Source: Marsupella aquatica
Lineage: Eukaryota; Plantae; Marchantiophyta
Reading direction: 5' to 3'
Assembly (NCBI GenBank): GCA_973895155.1
Contig: OZ316892.1
Span: forward strand, 24,251,971 to 24,315,970
DNA: 64,000 bases
In this document: positions 14,156 to 26,639 of the stretch, piece after piece
Position numbering within the stretch: the first letter of the stretch is position 1
Layout: the number at the start of each line of letters is the position of its first letter
Position numbers and translations under genes: made by a program
The notes under the pieces: generated by a model
Databases searched by the model: none
What the model saw: only the letters and a program-made list of their open reading frames with translations
Told to the model about the DNA's origin: nothing

Positions 14156-14987
14156 AGAAAATGTTTTTACAATAAATTATAGGCCTATTTGTTCTTTACA
14201 GCCAATCAATCAAAAGCATTTTGATTTTTTCTTCAACAAAACTTTGGAAGTCTTTTGCCACACCCATTTAAATGGGTCTATACTTAGTTCATTGCACGTG
14301 ATGTGTCACTTCCGTGGAAGTGACCCCCCAAGGAGGTGAGAAAAGATGTTGAGGTTGGCACCAATGAATCATGTGGACACATCACCCAACTAATCACCTC
14401 ATAATATGTGGTCATTTATAGGATGTGGCCATCATCATATATGGCATGACCATCATTCATTCCAAATCATATCAATTTTTTTGGTCACCCAAGGGTATGT
14501 TAAATGCCATCACCCATGTTGTTCTTGTCATCATTTTGGATTACAACCAAGAATGGTAGATTCACCTCATATATAATTTGGGGTCCTGCCACCCAACTGA
14601 GACCACTTTTGGCAGCATTATTTGGCTCCAATGGGAACACACTTCTTGGGAGGGTTACTTCCATCACGCACAAATAAGTACAGGGTTTAGTGAAATACTT
14701 TTAAATTTTTGTTGAAGAACATTAGGGGTATTTTAATACAATTTTGAGAATTATAAGAATCATAGGGTTTTGAAATCAAAATTAGGAATATTCCATTAAG
14801 TTAGAGGTAAAACAATTCCTAAAAAATATTTATTGACTTATGTAAGTAGGGGGTAATTCCAAAAGCATGAAGAAACTGAAAATTTTTAAATTTTCTATGG
14901 TGTTTAAACTATAATTATTGCTAACATAGCGAAGATAGCATTATGTCTACAAGTTACGGGTTCCCAAGTCTAAGTTATAAACTCCTA

Positions 14988-15110
14988 TTTACGAGTTTAC
15001 TAGTTACTAGTTAATAGTATCCTGGTTTACGAGTTTACGAGTTCCCGACTGTTTACTAGTTACGAGTTTACTAGTTAGGACTTAGGAGTTTACGAGTTAC
15101 GCTTTACGAT
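14988..15110. repeat. Short-repeat cluster (ttacgagtttactag) upstream of the split ORF; a similar cluster lies at 28550-28626
   Basis: Multiple ttacgagtt / ttactagtt units at both sites, in the same orientation. Confidence 0.75.
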
Positions 15111-15296
15111 TTGGCGACCGGGGATCGCGACGTCTTACGGCTACATTCAACGGGACTTAGAAACGGAATGGCGAGCGTCATTAAAGTGAAGGCAAGGTAG
15201 ACCTCGGGCGCTCACTCCTGATTAAATCCCTACCTCCTCCATTAATCCGTTCGGCCTTCCCATCTCCTTGCACTGCTACAAGACACAATTTGAGCT

Positions 15297-16641
15297 ATGG
15301 ATGGCCTGGGAGCTGATGAACAATACCGAGTTAACGCATTGGCAATTCCTAAGAGTGTAGTCGCTCGAATTTCACAAGCGCCCGATAGTTATGCAAATTT
15401 ACAGACTTCATTACAGCAGCTAGGTCTGGGGCATCTACTTGCCGTACCTTGGGACGTAGAACTCGACTCATACTTGCAGGATTTTGTGAAGGGGTCACTA
15501 CTTGCTCCTAAATTTCGACAGACCATTCGAGCTCGGCCGAGTCTGTGGACTGTGGAGAAAATTGCTCGTGCCTTCTGCTGCCCTTCAGAAGGAGAAGGAT
15601 TGTATTCAAAGAAGAAAGATTTATCTACTCCCTACTTCTCTGGGATCCGCAATCTCACAAATGGCTGGAATCTAACACAGTGTACTTATCCAGATTTGAG
15701 AGTGCTGCTGGAATTTCTAGTGCCAATTTTACACCCAAAAAAGCCAACCATTTGCCCAGTGGCTTTGGTGAACACAATTGTAGCTGCACACAGTGGAGCC
15801 ATCGAAGTGAATTGGGCCTTGTTAATTTTCAATGTGATGAAGGATCAGGTGAGGAGCATGAAGGCAGGTAGACCTACCTATCTGCAGGTATATCTGTCTC
15901 AGCTCTATCAGGCTTATGATTGTTTACATCGAGAGGAGAGAACCGAAAGAGGATCTTACTCCTGATCAAACTAGGCATTGAAGAAGAAATTGGTGTGGAA
16001 GAACCAGTGGATGCTATTCCCCTGGATTCTAATGATCAGAATGTGGACGTTGATATGGATTTGGAAGATGCCTCCGTGGGTGAACTTGAAGTTTCATCTG
16101 CTCACGATATGGAGTTGGTTCGACATCCTCTCGTTAACTTGGTGTATTCAAGAGGAGTCAACGAGGAAAATCAACCTTGGAGCTGAAAAAGCTGAGGACG
16201 ACTCTAAGCAACACCAAGCTATTGCTGACCCGACCACTGCTGTCATCCTGAGGGTTGATCCGACTACTACTTCAAAGGCAGAGTTCAACCAACAACTTAT
16301 TGATAAGTTAATTACTCTTTTCGGTTGTGATGATGTGGAACTCTATGATGTTCTCTGTAATTTAAGATCAGAGGTAGTCAGCTTATCATCCCCATTTCCA
16401 GATCAATTAACTCCTGTCAGGACCACCTCCCCTATTGTGGGGTCAGCCTTAGAAGAATTCGTTGCTCTCAGTCCTGTTGCACCAAAACCTGCCTGTAGAG
16501 CCAAGTGAACCTGTCCCTGTGACAGAGGATGTAAATTATGCTGCCATTGTAAACGATTTACTGGACATGCTACAGTGTGAGCCACAGGAGATAATGTCAA
16601 TTGTTAGCAACTTAACTCAGAAATTCCCAGTTGTAGAAACT
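15297..16641 (+). pseudogene. TE-associated liverwort-type hypothetical protein, 5' part (frameshifted; split by the 16642-27246 insertion)
   Basis: Motif C.YPDLRVLLEFLVPILHPKKPT.....VNTI..A..G...VNW resembles a repetitive Marchantia hypothetical-protein family (recalled, not searched). Successive ORFs 15297, 15920, 15978 and 16462 are joined by frameshifts. Confidence 0.6.
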
Positions 16642-17412
16642 CTCGGGGGTCTCACTTCGCGAAAACGGCACATCACGTGCGAGAAAGTATAGGGTCATTT
16701 TATTAGATTATAGGAAAGACTTAAGAAGATTTGTGTAAGAACAATAGGGGTCAATATAATCATAAATACACTTTAAAGAATGATAGGGTTGTTTGCGGGG
16801 GGTTCAATGTCCATGGAATGGGTTGAGGAAAGATAGGGTAATATCTTATGAGAAAACAAGGTATACACGTGTCACCATCGGATTGGGACACGTGGCACCC
16901 ATTTCAAAATAGGGGGTACTCAATTGGGTAGTCTACATATTTGAGACATGGCAAGAGTTTTGGATGGGGTATATACGAGAGTGGGGTAGGTTTCGACTCG
17001 TACCCGGCCTCCATGTTTAGGGTTTTTGGGGGACCATTTTGAATGTCCCTGGTTAGCGCCCAATTTGTTCCTCGCATGCCTCCATAGCATCTTGTTTGTC
17101 CAAAGGGAGTGCTATGTTGCTAACGGGAGTGCTGCGCTGCTAACGGGAGTCTTGCATTGGTGCTTGCTGCTTGCACACATAGGAGTGTATGCGGCCCTTG
17201 CTGAAACGGGGCCTGAACGGGAGGTGCGCATTGCTTGCTCGAAGTGCTCCATTGCTGCTTGCACACACAGGGGTGCTGCGCTGTGAGGGTTGCTCAAACG
17301 GGAGTCGCACCTGCTTGCTCAAAGAGTTCAAGTGCTGCTCTATTCAGTTCAGGTATGGGAGTGCTTGATCTTGCTTGCTTCAACAATCATCCTTAGTTTC
17401 TTTTGTTTGTGC

Positions 17413-18225
17413 TGCTCGTTTTTTGCTGCTTGCTTTGTATTGATCGAGACGAAGTGCTATGAATCGGGCTGCTGTAGGTTATGATCAATGTGAGCTACAA
17501 TTTCTATTGATTGATAGTGGGCTGCGAGGTGGCTGCGAGGTGGGTTGCGATCAAGTTCAGAGTTGAGCTGCAATCTGGTTGAGCTAGGTTGCAATCCGAG
17601 CTAGAGCTTAGCTGCGCTGGGCTGCATTGAGCTGCGCTAGGCTGCATTGAGTTGGGTTGCGCATTGAGCTGAGGTGCACATTGAGCTAGGCTACACGTAC
17701 TATGCTGAGCTCCATTGAGCTGCGCTTGCAGCGCTGGGCTACTGCATGGATTTGGGCTGCTAAAGGTGTTGTTGGCGATCGGGTTTGTGTTGCTCGCTTT
17801 TTACTGCTTGCTTTGTGTTGATCCAGAAGAAGTGCTATGAATCGGGCTGTTGCAGGTTATGATCAATGTTGAACTACAGTTTCTATTGATCGATAGTGGG
17901 CTGCGAGGTGGGTTGTGAGGTGGGCTGCGAGGTGGCTGCGAGGTGGGCTACGAGGTGGCTGCGAGGTGGGCTGCGAGTTGGGGTTGCGATCGAGTTCAGA
18001 GTTGTAATCTGGTTGAGCTGGGCTGCAATCCGAGCTAGAGCTGAGCTGTGCTGGGCTGCATTGAGCTGCGCTAGGTTGCATTGAGCTGGGCTGCATTGAG
18101 CTGAGCTGAGGTGCACATTGAGCTGGGCTACACGTACTTCCCTGAGCTCCATTGAGCTGCACTTGCAGCGCTGGGCTACTGCACGGATTTGGGCTGCTAA
18201 AAGCTGCTGTTGGCGATCGGGTTTT
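17413..18225. repeat. About 380-430-bp tandem duplication with internal gggctgcgaggt and gagctgggctgcatt simple repeats, inside element A
   Basis: tgctcg...gaagtgctatgaatcgggctg starts at 17413 and at 17791. Confidence 0.85.
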
Positions 18226-20008
18226 GGTGCCTTTGTTGTGGAGGCAAGCTAGTGCACTCCCGTTTGCTCCTACAATGACCTTTTACTTTGAAACGGGAGG
18301 CCGCTGCTGTGGGGAGTGTTGCACTCAAACGGGACGCTGCTGTCAGGAGTGCTGCATTGCTCAACTGGGAGGTGTGCGCTGCCTGCTCCAATGGGAGTGC
18401 TGCTCCATTGCTTGCTTGCTTTGACAATATATCATGCTTTCTATGCGGGTTTCTAAGGCAGCTGTGTCCCAAAATTGTAGGCTTAGTCGAGAGGAAGCTG
18501 CTTGCTTTGTTTACGTTGCTTGTTGTGTGCTCTCACAACAATGTCGTTGTTGATTGATGTTGTGCTGTAGATGCCATTGTTGTGCTTTCAGTTGCTCTTG
18601 TGGTGCTGCTGTTGAGAGCTGGGTTGCAATCAAGTTGAGAGGTGGGTTGCGCTGTAGGGAGAACATTGGGCTGCCTCTGGAAAATCAGAAAATCAGCTGA
18701 GACAAAATGAAGTGAGATTTTCAGGGAGATTTCAACTACGTTCAGGTACGGTCATTTTTAGAACTTGCTTCGGAGCTTAGTCTTTGAGTGAGCAATGGTT
18801 CTAGCTCATGGTGGAATAGGATTGACAACTCTTGTTCAACTATGGGGTATCGTTGCAGGGTTAGTGATTCATTTTTGTTTCATTGCTTATTGAAACCGAG
18901 GCTCAAACCAAAACTTGCTTTGTTTTCAGGCTCCTCTGGCTGTTGGATTGTTGTTGAGTTGCTGAGGGCTAAAGTGTCCCATTTTTTACACCTCAAAGTG
19001 AAATCAGGTATGACTTAGGGGACTCAAACCATGTCTAGACCAGGCTCTGGACACTACATTGAAACTTAGCTATCAATTTTGTAAGGACTAGGTCACACAT
19101 CTCTGTGCGAAAGTGTGTTCATGCTGGGAAATTTTGACTAGAACTTGTTGCTGTATAGTTCTTATTGAATGATTCAGTTCACCCTTAGGTAGTTGCTTGC
19201 AGGGGTACAGGCAAAGCAAGGGGCTGTTGAGGAGCACCTATCTTTATGCTGCTGCAAACTCTGCTAAAATGTTGAGTTGAGCTACTGTACGGGACCTGTG
19301 TTGGTATTAAATTTCAGGTATGTCATTTCCATCCATGACTTCAACCATTTCTAGTCGAGCAGAAGTTTATTTAGCAGCTTCAAATGTAGTAGGGGAGTTG
19401 TAATGTATTCCATGAAGTTAAATTTGACATGTGGGCAATAATGCTTCTATTCACCAGAGTTGATGCTGAGCTGCTGGGCGGATCAAACTCTTTTTGAAGT
19501 GTGGTGCCTGGAGACGTTGTTCAATTCTTTACGTCTGTCGAGCGGTAGAGGCAGTTGAGGTGTTGCCCCATTCTGATTACTGGTAGACATTGTTACTGGT
19601 TTGTTGCAGTTGGTGAGGAGTAGGTACCCTTCCATTCATCATTTACAAAAAATAGTGTCATGGCTATATTGAAGATTACCCTAGAGGAGAATTATGAGAA
19701 GCTCCTTTTGCAGCATCCAGACGAATGCTGCTGGTGTGAATCATGTGTCAAGTGAACATGTAGTAACATGCATGGCCAATTGGTTGTCTTCATGTAATGG
19801 GAAGTTTTTGAAACTTAGAAATTGAATGGTGGTTTCAATTTTGTTCACAGGTTGCAAAAGGAATTGTCATCAGCGCTTGCAGTAGTGAGCACCAACACTT
19901 GCGGTGAAGCAGTTTGCTAGAACACATAGTGTACCTAGTGAATTGTAAGTTGCCTGTCATTGCACGTCTGATCGTCTGGCCATTCACCAAGTATAAAAAA
20001 ATAGTGCC

Positions 20009-20407
20009 ATGGCTATATTGGGCATTACATTAGAAGCGAATTATGAGAAGCTCCTTCTGCAGCATCCAGATGAATGCTGCTGGTGTGAACCTTGTGTCAA
20101 GTGCAGGGTTGGTGATGGGAATTTTGAATGGTTCCATTGCTTCTGCTTGAAAATGCGTGGAAGACTTGTTACTAGGACATACATGGGAAAGCATGGCAAA
20201 GTTGTCACACGTCGCTGGAAGTGCTCTTGTATAAGGCCAACCATTTGGCCTCAAAATGAGTGTCTTTTACGCAAGATTGTCGTCCCGGACACGCTTGACA
20301 TTGTAGTCCCTGATAGTATTCCACATTCAACTGAGCTTGATATTGTAGCCCCAGATAGTATTCCAGATCAAGCTAAGGTTACAACCCATGGATGCTTGAC
20401 ATTGTAG
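20009..20407 (+). CDS. Small Cys-rich, degenerate PHD-like accessory ORF of element A; its 5' part is duplicated at about 19659-19755
   Basis: CCWCEPCVKC...EWFHCFCL...WKCSC resembles a PHD C4HC3 core; short DIVVPDSIP repeats. Confidence 0.45.
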   Translation: MAILGITLEANYEKLLLQHPDECCWCEPCVKCRVGDGNFEWFHCFCLKMRGRLVTRTYMGKHGKVVTRRWKCSCIRPTIWPQNECLLRKIVVPDTLDIVVPDSIPHSTELDIVAPDSIPDQAKVTTHGCLTL

Positions 20408-20723
20408 TCCCTGATAGTACATGGATGCGTTGTTCATATATGACTAGGCCTTTGTTTGCAAGGCTGCAATTGTACCATCCATGATATATGAGAATATTTT
20501 TCATTCCCATTATGTGGCAAAGTTTTGCAAGCTGGCATTGTATTTATGTATGTCTTGGTTGGTGGGTGTTCAGGTTGCACTGTGTAGTTGACTTCATCTG
20601 GGAGGGAGGTTTGCAGATCATTGGAGCAGGTGCTATGATTAACCTTATCTTTGTCTATGGATTGCTCACTATCATCATGTCCCCCTCATATGTGATGTGC
20701 TTTGTGATGATTGCAGTTGAACC

Positions 20724-21398
20724 ATGCCGACAAGGGCTTCAAACATAAAGAAAGCAACACAGTCCTCTGACAGAGGAGCCTCTTTGGAAGAGGTATTGCG
20801 TATTCCGTTGTTCTCTGAGCAAGAGATTCTACAAACTAGCCCTCATGTTTGTGCAATTTGTGAGCATGGTGGGAAGTTGGTAATTTGTGATGGGCCATGT
20901 CACAGGCAATTTCATTATGTGGTTGGAGATGAAGCCCCTAATGACTCTTGCCCCTGTGTAGTCCTTCCCCTCCATCATGGAGGGAAGCCATGGTTTTGCC
21001 CAAATTGTAACCAGGACCAGGCCATGTGTTATGGGTGCCGCACTGTGGGACCGTCACCTACAATTGTGCGAAAATGCTCTGATCGTTTTTGTGTACGATT
21101 TTATTGCTTTGGGTGTTTGGTAGCTGATGCAAAGTCCTGCCCACTGCATACATGTGTGACATGTTATCAGAGTCTTGAGGGTCAGATGGTCAAGAACATG
21201 GTACAATGTCTACGATGTCCAAATGCCTGGCATACAGATTGTCTCCAGATGATCAAAAGCAAAGGGTTTGCTCATGATAGGGACATCTGGGACCATGAAG
21301 CACATGGACAACAGCGAAAAATGTTTTATTGCCCCCGTCATCCTATTGATCCACACCTCAAGACTCCAATCAGGGACCACATTTCATGGCTCCAGTGA
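20724..21398 (+). CDS. Stand-alone EDM2/NSD-type tandem atypical PHD-finger protein (224 aa), transposon cargo
   Basis: CAICEHGGKLVICDGPCHRQFH...WFCPNC...CYGC...CPLHTCVTC...CLRCPNAWHTDCL...FYCPRHPIDPHLKTPIRDHI parallels the EDM2 PHD region, including its YC..H.ID..L.TP.RDH tail. The ORF is intact and a splice acceptor lies just before the ATG. Confidence 0.85.
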   Translation: MPTRASNIKKATQSSDRGASLEEVLRIPLFSEQEILQTSPHVCAICEHGGKLVICDGPCHRQFHYVVGDEAPNDSCPCVVLPLHHGGKPWFCPNCNQDQAMCYGCRTVGPSPTIVRKCSDRFCVRFYCFGCLVADAKSCPLHTCVTCYQSLEGQMVKNMVQCLRCPNAWHTDCLQMIKSKGFAHDRDIWDHEAHGQQRKMFYCPRHPIDPHLKTPIRDHISWLQ

Positions 21399-21893
21399 TC
21401 TGAATAATGAACAAACCTATTACTTAGGTTTCAACGTCTTAGTGGGGTATGAGCAAGGCACATACTTAAGGTGCATCATGGGTGGTAGTACCCAATTTTA
21501 TTAGTGTTGACATTTTGTCATAATTAAGGTCACTAATAGTGCTGCATTTTGATGAGCAGAAGCACTAAACCTCGGGAATTGTTAGAAAAGCAGGCGACAA
21601 GGATATTTTGTCCAAAGATATTTTATCCAACTTTAACGGTATATCATGATTTTCACTGAATACATTTGCATGTATGACGGATTGCATTATAAAGTGTTTT
21701 GGCCTATTAGCACTTCTATTGTTAAATGTATGCTGACATTATGTACATTACATGAGAATGTGTATGTTGTCATTGCATCTCTTGAAGATCCTAATGTGTT
21801 TCCCTTGTGTGTATTTCAAATGTATTTGTGCAGGTCTTTCTGTTATCGACTCCAAAAGCAATGGTCCTATGCATGTTCTAGATTTGTATTGCA

Positions 21894-24800
21894 ATGGCAG
21901 CCCCTAAACCCAACTCTGTTAAATTAATACGCAAAGTTGGGGATGACAAGGCTGATTTACCAATCTGTGTTTTGTCATTCAAAGAAGGACACACCCTACA
22001 TGATTTTAGGGCTCGTATTGCCTCTACTCTAGACTTTGACTTTGATTTTTGGGATGAGAGACTTCCTGGTCGAGTGAAACTTGTACATGAGAAATTAATT
22101 GATCTGTCTGAGCTGGATGGAAGAGTTATTGTTGTACAACAAGAACTTGGAGATGGTGGGAGGATCCCACCAGTACCCTGTCATCCTTGCACTCCTGCGT
22201 CAGTGGGTCCAAATACTGGGACACCACAACTAGGGCCAACAGCATCAGCACCCTCCCCTGTAAGGGCTTCTTTTGAGTCACAATTGATGGGAGATGTCCC
22301 ATCAAAGCTATGAAAAGATGAGTGGATGAGGTTAGAGAAATGGGTACATAAGAAGGGTTATGGTGATCACAATTGGAGAATTCGTACCTGGGATGAGGGG
22401 ACAGATGTTCGAGGGCATCTGGAGTGTCTTGAATGTTAGTAGGGAAACTTATGGCAATGCAGACAACTCTCAGAACCCTAAATCCATCTCCAATTGTTTT
22501 AGTAATTTTAAGACCAAACACTTGGTCTTCAATAAGCACAAGGATAACTATTGTCGGAGAAGGGGCATTCCTTCTACTTTGGTTCAGGTAGCAGACATCT
22601 CTGAGAAGCCAAAATATGATCATGCAGACGCCATCAAAGTAGGTGTTGAGATAGTTCAGCGATTGAATGCTGAGCTTGGGGATGATGGCAAACTATTCTC
22701 TGTTGTTCCTGATCCCAGTACTCCTGAGTATGTAAACAGGTCTTTCCTGTTTAAGGTTCGTTGTACTGTCTGTGGACTGATTCTAGGGACCTACATCCTG
22801 GTCAGAGCGGGATTTTGAAGTTCTTTAAAGATGATGGGTCCCGGACAGGCAGCAGTTCAGGTTCAGGTTCAGGTGTGTGTGAATCTGTTGATCTTGGTCT
22901 GATTTTGGGTAGAGAGAGGTGTGCCTCGACTGTTATGGAAGGGTATATCTTATGATATTTCTGGCATTTTGGATGATCAGTCTGGGGGAATTACATGGCA
23001 TTGTGAGCCAAGTTGTTGCTTGGATGTTTTCCATCCAAGTAGAGAGAGTGTTGTGAGTATAGCAGGCTGTTTTAGACACAAGGATTGCTTGAGGTTATCA
23101 CAAAATGGAGGAGGATTTGAAAATCTAACTTGTAGTGAATGTGATTCTATAACACTAGAAGATGATTTTCGTGGACGGGTGCACAGGGAGGCGGAAGCAG
23201 TAGTCCACAGAGGGAGCCGAACCACTGCTGGTGGTATACGTTTGGATTATTTGACCAACACAGAGTTAAGAGATCAAGTGCACAAGCTGAACTCTGTGCG
23301 ACGAAAAGAGCGTTGGTTGTTAGCTTTGCAGGCTAAGAAAGTATGTGCCTTGAGCACGAGGAAACGAAAACTAGAGGAGTTGTTAGGAGTTGCAGCAGAC
23401 AGGAAGGATTTGAGATTGTTTCTTAGGAGTATTTTGAATGGACACAGGAATGGTGCATTTGGTGGTAAGGAGGGTTTGTGGGATTTCTTGAAGGATGTAG
23501 CTCGCAATTTAGGCAGGAAGCCAAAAGGTAATCGTTACAGTAATAGGACTCGAGCTATTGCTCAGGCTATGTTCCAATTTGGGGGCCGTCAAGTTGCTCA
23601 TTGTTTTGCACGAAACTTGACAGCCCCTAGCCTTGTGACCCTAAAACGTGATAGAGCAAAACTCACACATTTTCGAACCGGGTTACGGAAGGAAACCTTT
23701 CAGGAGATTGCTAGAGTGTTGTCTGCTGCAAAGCACTCATTGGGCATTGAGGGGGATGTGCCTGTTATCTTTGCTGAGGATGAAACAAGGATCAAAGAAC
23801 GCCCTAGGTAATTGGAACTGGACATTTTTCCAATTGTTTTTTTAATGACTTTACAAGTAGCACTTGGCTGGAATTGTTGTGATATTGAAAAATTGCATGT
23901 CTGTGTTTCTGGTGGGAGGCAAAGTATGATACTCTCATTGGTTTCTGTGGACCTTCAAAGCAGCATGTATGCTCTTATGGTTTGGAAATTCTAGTTGGTG
24001 AAGGTGATGAGGGGTATGATAAAATTGTAAGTACATTTGAACAATGCCCCAAGTGCATGTATGCCCGAGTTGTGATTGTGAATCCTCTGCATGAGTCCTT
24101 ACCTAAATTGGCTGTGTGTGCACTTCCAACTTGTAATAAGTTCACAGCTTCTTGGGTACGAGAGCATTGGGTCCAGTTAAAGGCTTTTTGGGATGAATAT
24201 TGTAGAGCTATGGTAGGCCCTTTGCTTGGACATGCTAGTGATGGTGATGCACGTCGCCGAAAGTTGATGCTGGAAGATTACAGAGGGCAGAATGGATCAT
24301 ACCCAAGGTACGGAGTTGGGTGGGAAGGGTGGACATACTCTGTTTCAATTCTACCAAATGGGGATTTGTATGGCTTTGGTGACCAAGACCAACCTCATAA
24401 TGGGAAAAAGATGATAAACCCCTTAGACAGAGTGTCTTCTTTACTGGTGCTAGGAGATCAACATGCATCTTTATCTTATGTAGCTAATGTCTACAATCAT
24501 TATCCAATTCATGAACATGGCATGGCTTGGGATGATGTGAATAGGACTGACCGGCAGAATTGGGCAGGTCCACAACGAATAGCAGCAAGAAGAGTGCAGC
24601 AATGTCTGAAAGATATGTATGAGAGGAGAGATGTACGACATGAACGAAGTTTAGGAACTCAGTTGTACTTGGAGATTTGTGCAGATTACTTAGATATTTT
24701 CTTTTCTCCAGTTCATGATTTGAGGTCCCGTATTGTGTTAGCATCCAAGGTTTCATTCTTTCTACGTTTGTGGAGATTGTGGTTGAGGTTTGGTGACCAT

Positions 24801-26639
24801 TCAGTGGGTGGGAACTTTGCAGCACACACTGAGAAAGACATGATGTCTATTCAGGCTTTTCATGATGTTAACATGTCATGTCATTTCATTGTGCTGTTAA
24901 TTTGTGCCTTTCGAGATAAGTTCCCACATCTAGGTGTTCCCTTCCACTTGCTAGGTTCGGATTGTTGTGAGATTTTCTTCAGCAAGGTAGGAGGCATGAG
25001 TGGCCATGAGCGAAATTATGATTTTGGCTCTCTGTTGGATAGTGCTGTTGGACTAAACCGGCTTGCTGCCCTAGAATATGGACCAGAAGGTTTGAAGATA
25101 GGTCGTTCACATAAGAAACAAGATCATGTATGGGGGAAGATTCATCCTATTGGGGAAGGGGAGGAAGCACCAAATCTACTTGACTATTCTCTCATTGAGA
25201 CTAATGAATTAGTGGTTGCAGCCCTTAAAGAAGGTTTTGTTGCTACTAAGGATCTAATGCATCAATTGCAGATGTCTCCACGAAGTTCCTTACCAGCATC
25301 TAAAAAGAGATGGTGGACATGTCCTTGGGTTGTGGAAAGTGAGACCTGGCCACTAGAGGTGGTTCTGAAGGAAGCAATTGTTTGTAATGATTCCGAGGAG
25401 CAAGTAGAACACCAACCACCAGACATAGGTCCTCGCCCAACTGGAGATTTTCATGAATTGGAAGATCCTGAGGATGATCTGAATAGAATAGATGCATGGT
25501 TAACAGAACCAGATCTCATTGTTGTTCCTGAGATGCATTCAGATGATGTACACAGAGATGATATACAGTTTGATGTAGACCCCTCAGATGAGCTTGAGAC
25601 ATTAGGTCACAAAGTTCGGCATGTGTTCGGATCAGTTGTCCATGCTGTAACTAATGTGCAGAATCGTACCAAGGTAGTGCCTACTGTTACTTATGAAGGC
25701 AAGGTGATTTACAAATCCACTATGGTAAGCCAGCTGGTAGGAAATCCGCATTTGTCAAAAGATAGGCTGACAAGGGTGAAACAAGTGCTATACTATAGTA
25801 CTGGCAAGAGAAAAGTGCAAGAAACCAATCCTAACTCATGTTTTGTTGATGTTGGCACTGATTGTGCAATTGCATTTGAGTCTGATGATAATCCTGCTCC
25901 AAGTACTAGATCTGGAAAAAGAAAGGGAGGAAAGAATAAGGCTGTGGTGGAGGCAATCTCAACAGGTAAGAAATATTTTTGGTTGGGTCGGATTGTCCAA
26001 ATGAGACAGAAGTATGGTAGTAGGTGGGGCAATTGTCGGTTACCAATTGATTTGATGGATAGGCCAACTCCACTCGCAGGGCAATCAGGTAACATTTGTG
26101 AATTGTTGTTAAATTGGTATAGTCCTATTGGTAAGAGCAAAAGTGAATTCAGATATGATACCACTGATTTGAAATGGATGGATATTGAAATGGTCATTGC
26201 TAGTGTTAGTTTAACCATGAAAGAAGGGGTTATGGATCGTATCTATGTGTTGGATCCAATAGATAGCTCGGGGGGGTCACTTCCACGGAAGTGACACATC
26301 ACGTGCGACGAAGTATAGGCCCATTTAAATGGGTGTGGCGGAAGACTTCCAAAGTTTGGTGGAAGAACACATAGGGCATGTTTTATTGATTGGTCGACTT
26401 TAAAGAACACATAGGCCTATTTAATTGCAAAAAATACTTTCTATAAAGTTTTTAGGGGTTTTTTAATAAAAAATGACAAAATTTTAAGAAAGAAAGGGCT
26501 TTGCAAAAAAATATTTTTCACTTTAAAGTTAGGGGGGTCAAACCCTAAAACGTCGCACGCGATGTATGACCCTCCATATAGTGACCCCCCCGAGATAGAT
26601 AGACTTGCATTGGATCAATATCTTCAAACAATGGTATGA
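21894..26639 (+). pseudogene. P-element/THAP9-like DDE transposase of element A (frameshifts and apparent deletion in the N-terminal part, intron 23808-23911, MITE at 26267-26594)
   Basis: Motifs AEDET, GHASDGD, DQPHNGKK (DxxH), DRQNW and GSDCCEIFFSKV. Removing the MITE gives the natural end LDPIDRLALDQYLQTMV* at 26639. Colinear with the copy at 56755-61974. Confidence 0.8.
26267..26594. mobile_element. Family-1 MITE, 328 bp
   Basis: TIR CTCGGGGGGGTCACT; 8-bp TSD ATAGATAG; reverse complement of 54272-54599. Confidence 0.95.

Larger units (their letters stand above)
12373..14332. mobile_element. Family-1 MITE (older copy) interrupted by a CACTA element
   Basis: Ends ctccgggggggggg-tcac...gtgacccccc-aag; near-TSD aaggtgag/gaggtgag; both arms align by eye to the 328-bp MITE at 54272. 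Confidence 0.85.

Noticed and set aside
17863-18557. Several overlapping Ala/Gln/Ser-rich ORFs
   Set aside because: They are by-products of simple gctgc-type repeats.
23982-26294. 770-aa ORF as a complete stand-alone gene
   Set aside because: It is the second coding exon of the transposase, and its last residues (SSGGSLPRK) come from the inserted MITE.
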